Assembly (NCBI GenBank): GCA_001600695.1
Contig: BCKQ01000012.1
Coordinates: 398,643 to 451,166, forward strand
Length of the DNA: 52,524 nt
DNA from: Ascoidea asiatica JCM 7603
Taxonomy: Eukaryota > Fungi > Ascomycota
Direction: 5' to 3'
Shown here: piece after piece, positions 47,187-52,524 of the stretch
Layout: each line of letters begins with the position of its first letter
How positions within the stretch are numbered: position 1 is the stretch's first letter
The notes under the pieces: generated by a model
Seen by the model: only the letters and a program-made list of their open reading frames with translations
Database searches by the model: none
Told to the model about the DNA's origin: nothing
Made by a program: the position numbers and the translations under genes

Positions 47187-47947
47187 CTTAAAAAAAAAAT
47201 GTTAATTTGAATCAGTTATGTTGTATTGATGAGCCTAGTTGAATCTATTTGATTTTAAATAATTTCTTTTATTTTCATGTTGTAAACTAATCTTGATCAC
47301 TGAGAAATTTCTACTTTATTTATATTAATATTCATTTACCTGCTGATTAAAAATTTGTTTCACTTTTTTATAAATATTTTATCAAACTACAGTTTTTATT
47401 TATAAATTATGAATGATCTAAGTTTAATCCATTTAAATTTGGTAGTTTTGAAACGAATTCAATTTTTTTAATAAAAAATTATTATTGCTGTTTATTTAAG
47501 AAAAAGGATATAAATCATTTCCTTATAGATATTAATGAAAATAAATGTTACAGATTATTTCCTAATTGGGAATTAAAAGAAAAAAACTGTCCTAAAATAA
47601 TGTCTCAAGTTTTTTTATTTTTCATCAAAAGATAAGTAACTCTTTGCAAACTCATTGATTTATTCATATACATTTATCATAAATTATATAATACTTTTAG
47701 ATTTCTGTCAGGAAATCTAAAATACAAAAACCGGTATTAGTTGAATACATAGTATTTTTTTTCTGAATAGTTATTGAAATTTAAAATAACTATTCTCTAA
47801 TTTTATTAATAAAGCTTAATTTTTGACCCTAAAAAGGCTCAGGTAAAGCTTAAAGTTTTTGAAATTTAGTAAATGCAAATATTTTATTAAAAGATTCAAA
47901 ATTAGATGCTATATATTATATAAGAAAAATATTTTTTTAAAAGGAAT

Positions 47948-49834
47948 TTAAAATATAAATAAAAGTAATACATTAAAAATAAAAAAAATAATAGAACAGG
48001 TAAGAGAGAAGTTGTTTTTAACTGCTTTGTTTGTTTCATCATTAGAGTTGGAATTAGTGCTTGAAGTTGAGGCTGATCCAGAAACAGAGTTAGATTCTAA
48101 ACTAGATTCATCATCGTTCTCATTGTTTAGTGACAGTGAATCGGATGAGTCATTTGAATTAAAATCAGTTAATCCAGTCTCACTTTCTTTAGTGGTTATA
48201 GTTGTAAGTTTTCCAGATACTGAGGTTATAATTATTTTAGAAGAAGAAGCTTTTGTAGAAGATTTGATGTTTGTTTTAGTTATCGTGGTGAGCTTTCCTG
48301 ATAAGGAGGTAGTTAAAATTTCTAAATTTGAACTGGTTATTTCACTGTTACTTTTATCAATAGTAATGGTTGTCTGAATTCCAGAAATTGAAGTTTTTAT
48401 TGTCTCAACTTCTAAATTATCACTTTCTTTAATATTTGAAGTTGCTTGGGTATTATCTGAATTTGATTTATCATTATTTTCTTCAGAATTATTTGGAGAG
48501 CCTGATTCATTTGAAATGTTTTCATCTTCTTCTGAGCTGTTATCATTGGAAGAATCCGAGCTTGAATCAGAACTAGAATTAGAACTAGAATCGGACTTCG
48601 AATCAGAATTGGAATTAGAATTGGAATTAGAATTGGAATTAGAATTGGAATTAGAATTAGAATTAGAATTGGAATTGGAATTAGAATTAGAATTGGAATC
48701 AGAATCAGAACTATTATCTGAATTTGAGTCAGAACTTGAATCTGAATTTGAACTTCCTGTAGAACCAGAGCTTGATGAAGAATTTGAATCAGCTTCGGTA
48801 TTTGAGTCACTATTGTTATTATCATTTGAGTCATTATTTGAATCATCATTTGAATTATTATTTGAATTATTATTTGAATTATTGTTTGAATTATCGTTTG
48901 AAGATATGATGGATTGAGAAGTACCCTGTTTTTGAGCAACATTTCCAGTATTAAAAGTACTTGAAGAAATTTGTTGATATATACTTAAATTTTCTTGATC
49001 TTGATCAGAAATTGATTTTGGAGTACCAGTTGGTAAAATATTAACAATAGTTGAAGTTTTTAAAATAATTGAACCTGAGGTAACTATGTTTTCCTCACCG
49101 ACAGCAGTATCTGTTGCAATTGTATCTAATTTTGTTTCAGAAGAAGTAAATTTTATAATTGAAGTTGATTCAATTGTTAAAATTGAAGTTATAGTTTGTT
49201 GAGGAACATCGTCAATATAATTACAAAATCCATTTTTAAAAGATTCTATTGAATCTGAATCAATATTTGAATTATCATCATTTGTATCACAGTTATAACA
49301 TTTATAAATATTGATCCAATAATCATCAGTTGATAATTCTTTACATAGACATTCTAATGAATCGTAAGTCGTTTCTTTTTTAGAACATACAGAAGATTTA
49401 GCAAGAGAATTAGCCTTTGAACAAAAATCCGAGTTTGAAGACTGGCAATTTAAAGATAATTCTAAATCATCTTCAATAGCACTTGAAGAAGAAGAGATAG
49501 GTAATGAAATTGTTGAAGAAGGAACTGAATTTAGATTAGATATAGAACTAGAAGAAAAAGAGGAAGTTGAAGAGGATGATGAAGAAGATGATGATGATGA
49601 TGAGTATGAGGATGAGGATGATATTGATATTGATATTGATATTGATGAATCATCTATGGTGACTATCGGCAAATCCGAATCAGTTGTACTGATTTCTAAT
49701 TGAAGTTCATTGGAAGAAGATTGAAATAATGCAACCCTCTTTTTTAGTAAATTATTTTTTTTAACAGGTTGAATATTTAAAGAAGTTACTTCATTTGATA
49801 TAAAGTTCAATAAGAAAAAAATAATTAAAAGCAT
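47948..49834 (-). CDS. Large GPI-type adhesin-like protein with an 8-Cys domain, (SN)n tract and TSxSGxxTTIT repeats
   Basis: Signal peptide, KKR, CLC..YW..YKCYNC..C domain, low-complexity stalk and hydrophobic C-terminus. Confidence 0.85.
   Translation of the reverse strand: MLLIIFFLLNFISNEVTSLNIQPVKKNNLLKKRVALFQSSSNELQLEISTTDSDLPIVTIDDSSISISISISSSSSYSSSSSSSSSSSSTSSFSSSSISNLNSVPSSTISLPISSSSSAIEDDLELSLNCQSSNSDFCSKANSLAKSSVCSKKETTYDSLECLCKELSTDDYWINIYKCYNCDTNDDNSNIDSDSIESFKNGFCNYIDDVPQQTITSILTIESTSIIKFTSSETKLDTIATDTAVGEENIVTSGSIILKTSTIVNILPTGTPKSISDQDQENLSIYQQISSSTFNTGNVAQKQGTSQSIISSNDNSNNNSNNNSNNNSNDDSNNDSNDNNNSDSNTEADSNSSSSSGSTGSSNSDSSSDSNSDNSSDSDSNSNSNSNSNSNSNSNSNSNSNSNSNSNSNSDSKSDSSSNSSSDSSSDSSNDNSSEEDENISNESGSPNNSEENNDKSNSDNTQATSNIKESDNLEVETIKTSISGIQTTITIDKSNSEITSSNLEILTTSLSGKLTTITKTNIKSSTKASSSKIIITSVSGKLTTITTKESETGLTDFNSNDSSDSLSLNNENDDESSLESNSVSGSASTSSTNSNSNDETNKAVKNNFSLTCSIIFFIFNVLLLFIF
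48605..48700 (-). repeat. Hexanucleotide coding microsatellite encoding (Ser-Asn)n
   Basis: gaatta/gaattg tandem units on the + strand. Confidence 0.9.
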
Positions 49835-50581
49835 AGTGAAAAGGATAAAGTAAAAAAAATGTGATTTTATTTTTTATAAAACTTTAGTTGAATGATTATC
49901 GTAAACCAGAGTATTTTAAGAAAAAATGATAAGTATTTATAGTATTTTTTTTTTAACTTTGCTTTTTTTTTATTTACTTTTAATCGAATTAATTTACTAA
50001 AGCAAATAATTATTGAAACTTTAGAGATATTATGTTTCTAATTTCTTTAACATATTTGAGTGGCTACTTTAGAATAAAACTTTTAGAAAATCAGCTTAGT
50101 TGACTTAAATGAAATTCAAAACAAAAGAAGTTTGGAGAGGAGAAATAAAAAAACAATAATTAGATTCCATTTTTTGAATAAATACTAAAATTTTCATTTT
50201 AATGGGCCAATGAGTTTGATAAAAAAACCATAACTAAAAGGGTTGTTGACAACTTTGGAAAATACAAGGGTAAAAATAGGATCCAGGGACCTACATTTAG
50301 GGTCTGGCCAAGCCGAAACCCACAGCAGCTACAGATTACAACAGCTTGGACGCCTCTAAGCCCACAAGGTTACGAATCACTATGCTAATTGGTCAAATGT
50401 GTGAAGATTTAGAACATGCTGGGGTTCTGCTTACAAAAGTCAGATTTTTTTAATTCAATATAAAAAAAATAATATTTATTAATAAGTTGAGGTTGTTAAA
50501 AACAAATTGAATGATGATAATTCAAAAATTAATAAAATTAAAAAGAAAAAAAGAAAAAGATTAAAGTTTTTTATAGTAAAT

Positions 50582-50582
<1 letters not shown>

Positions 50583-50665
<83 letters not shown>
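50583..50665 (-). repeat. 83-nt poly(A) tract (poly-T on +)
   Basis: Uninterrupted T-run from 50583 to 50665. Confidence 0.9.
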
Positions 50666-50666
<1 letters not shown>

Positions 50667-51080
50667 AAATGATTACATGATTTGCACGTGCATGAATTAA
50701 GTTTTGAAACATTCTTTTGGTATTATTATTAATAAAAATATCACTTGAATCATCAATAAAAAAAGTTGTGTCCTTATGTTGAACATAAAATTCCAAAATA
50801 AGAGGAAGATAAAGTCCTAACTTATTTTCAAATTGTTTAATTTTTTCAATTAAAGAGGGGGAAGGTAAAATTATTAAGTTATTTGACATGTGATATAACT
50901 AATCAAAATTAATAATAATTTAAAAAATAAAAAAAATGAAATTAAAATAATTATAAGTGTTGCAATATTTCTTTATATGTCATGATGGTCTCCAAAATGT
51001 AAACAAAAGTCTAACGAATGGAGAAATAAATAAACAAACACGAAAGTATAAAAATATAAGAAATAACAAATTAATCGCGT

Positions 51081-51152
51081 AATAAAAATTGAAACAAAAA
51101 ATTGAAACAAACAATAAAAATTGAAACACATAATAAAAATTGAAACAAAAAA
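51081..51152. repeat. Four AAAAATTGAAACA repeats downstream of the integrase
   Basis: Direct repeats read from the sequence. Confidence 0.8.
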
Positions 51153-51165
51153 ATAATCACGGGAT

Positions 51166-52524
51166 CATAACTTAGTATTATATGAACTGAGGTCAGAAAT
51201 GATTGTGGAAGCAATTCGGTCAACCGAATACCTGTTTGTAAAAGGTTCCAAATTGGAGTCATTACTTGGTGTTTAAAATAATTTGAGTTGATCCATAGTC
51301 TAATGCCTAAGGAGAACAACTCCAGTAAGTTTTTTTAAAAATACTGTTGTGTCGAATATTTTATGGATTCTATATGGGCCTAACCATTTTGGATATTTCT
51401 TTTTTTGAGCTCTCTTATTCAATATCATATCTCTTACAATCACTAAGTCATTCGTTTGAAATGTTGAAGAGGTAACTTTAAATGATTCATCACACTTGAG
51501 TTTTAACTCTATTTTCCTTTTTAAAGAATTTAATTCAGAAACTTTTTCAATAATATCGTTTGTTTTTAAAACATCTATGCGAGCACTAATCGATTGATCC
51601 ATAGTTAAATTGTTTAACTTTGAATAGAATAGATCTAAATATTATCAATATAGTTGGAAGCTTCATATCCAGAAGTAAGGAATCCTGGGCTATACCCCGT
51701 GCTTCGTCGAGTAGTCCATCTATCATAATCACATACAAGAATTAGGTTGTCTGACCATCTTTCTGCAGAAAGCGTCATTAAAGGTCTCACAACCGAAGAG
51801 TGACTAGCTTCACTTGAACCATTACTCTGTGGATGATAACTAGAAGTTATGATATGGTGGATACCATATGTTTCACACACATTATCAAAGTTTTTATTAT
51901 TGTATTCAGACCCACCATCAGACATCAACTCAGCAGGAGTACCATAACGATGAATTATTTCTTCTCTGAAAAATTTTGATAGTGTCTTAGAATTCAATGT
52001 TTTTGAAGCAAGCGGTTCCACATAGAGTGTATGAGCATCTCTATATAGAGTGACGTAACGGAATCCATAATAATCTTCTGGAAGATAGACAGTATCCACA
52101 ATAATTCGGTTAAAAATTCCTGCAGTAATATTAAAATTTAAAGGGATTCTATTAGGTGGAATTAAGGAGAATAATTGACATTCAGTACATGTTTTAAGAA
52201 GTTCTTGAATAATATACAGAAGTTTTGGAATAAAATATTTCTGATTAACTAAATGGTGGATTGAGGTAATACTGGAATGACCCTCATGGTAATAGTAAAT
52301 AAGGAGACTAATTATAGTTGGATTTGTAACAACTAAACGTATTGTTCCTTTAAAGTGTTTGTATAATTTCATATCACTTACCACAAATTGAAGGCAAATT
52401 GAGATAAATTGTTTCTTTGACATAAACTTTAATGATTGGTTTGTAGTATTTTCATCTAGCCACACAGGTATCTGATAAGTAGTTAAAAATAAAATTATAT
52501 CTTGATAGGGGATGTTCTTATACA
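51166..52524 (-). mobile_element. Decayed Ty3/gypsy-type pol 3' end (integrase); runs off the window edge
   Basis: HHCC zinc finger (HEGH...CTEC), DDE core (IIVD, MSDGGSEY, SSYHPQSNGSSE) and GPY/F module (KWLGPYRI). Frameshift near 51640, TAG at 51300-51302 and another stop 9 codons later. The frame stays open upstream to the window end. Confidence 0.92.

Noticed and set aside
44150-48942. Antisense or off-frame ORFs at 44150, 44400, 46675, 48012, 48412 and 48516
   Set aside because: Shadows of Ser-rich, repetitive GPI-protein genes.
51071-51319. 82-aa ORF after the integrase
   Set aside because: Alternative frame of the decayed integrase tail and the T-rich repeats.

Overview
A very AT-rich budding-yeast (Saccharomycotina) chromosome segment. 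The yeast assignment rests on short GTAAGT/GTATGT...[TA]ACTAAC...AG introns and clear orthologues of PGU1, MGE1, EFG1, YSF3, an OYE, GAS1, AIM41, YNK1, RMP1, TAF14 and VMA21. An alternative oxidase argues against Saccharomyces; the species cannot be fixed from sequence alone. There are about 24 protein genes. One (YSF3) is missing from the ORF track and two (TAF14, VMA21) are truncated in it because of introns. There is also an intronless tRNA-Pro(TGG), eight secreted or GPI-type proteins, and a decayed Ty3/gypsy-type integrase at the right edge. The top leads are: (1) a divergent pair of a Put3-like Zn2Cys6 factor and alternative oxidase, whose shared GC-rich spacer holds a CGTCGG-N10-CCGACG palindrome, a CGG-N7-CGG motif enclosing TGACTCA, six GTGAC boxes and a CCAAT box; (2) a gypsy-like integrase followed, with no visible LTR, by an extra ORF and an 83-nt poly(A); (3) a three-gene GPI surface cluster in which two members share an 8-Cys domain; (4) promoters that are GC-rich islands, usually carrying a TCACRTG site. 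All calls were made by eye; no database searches were run.
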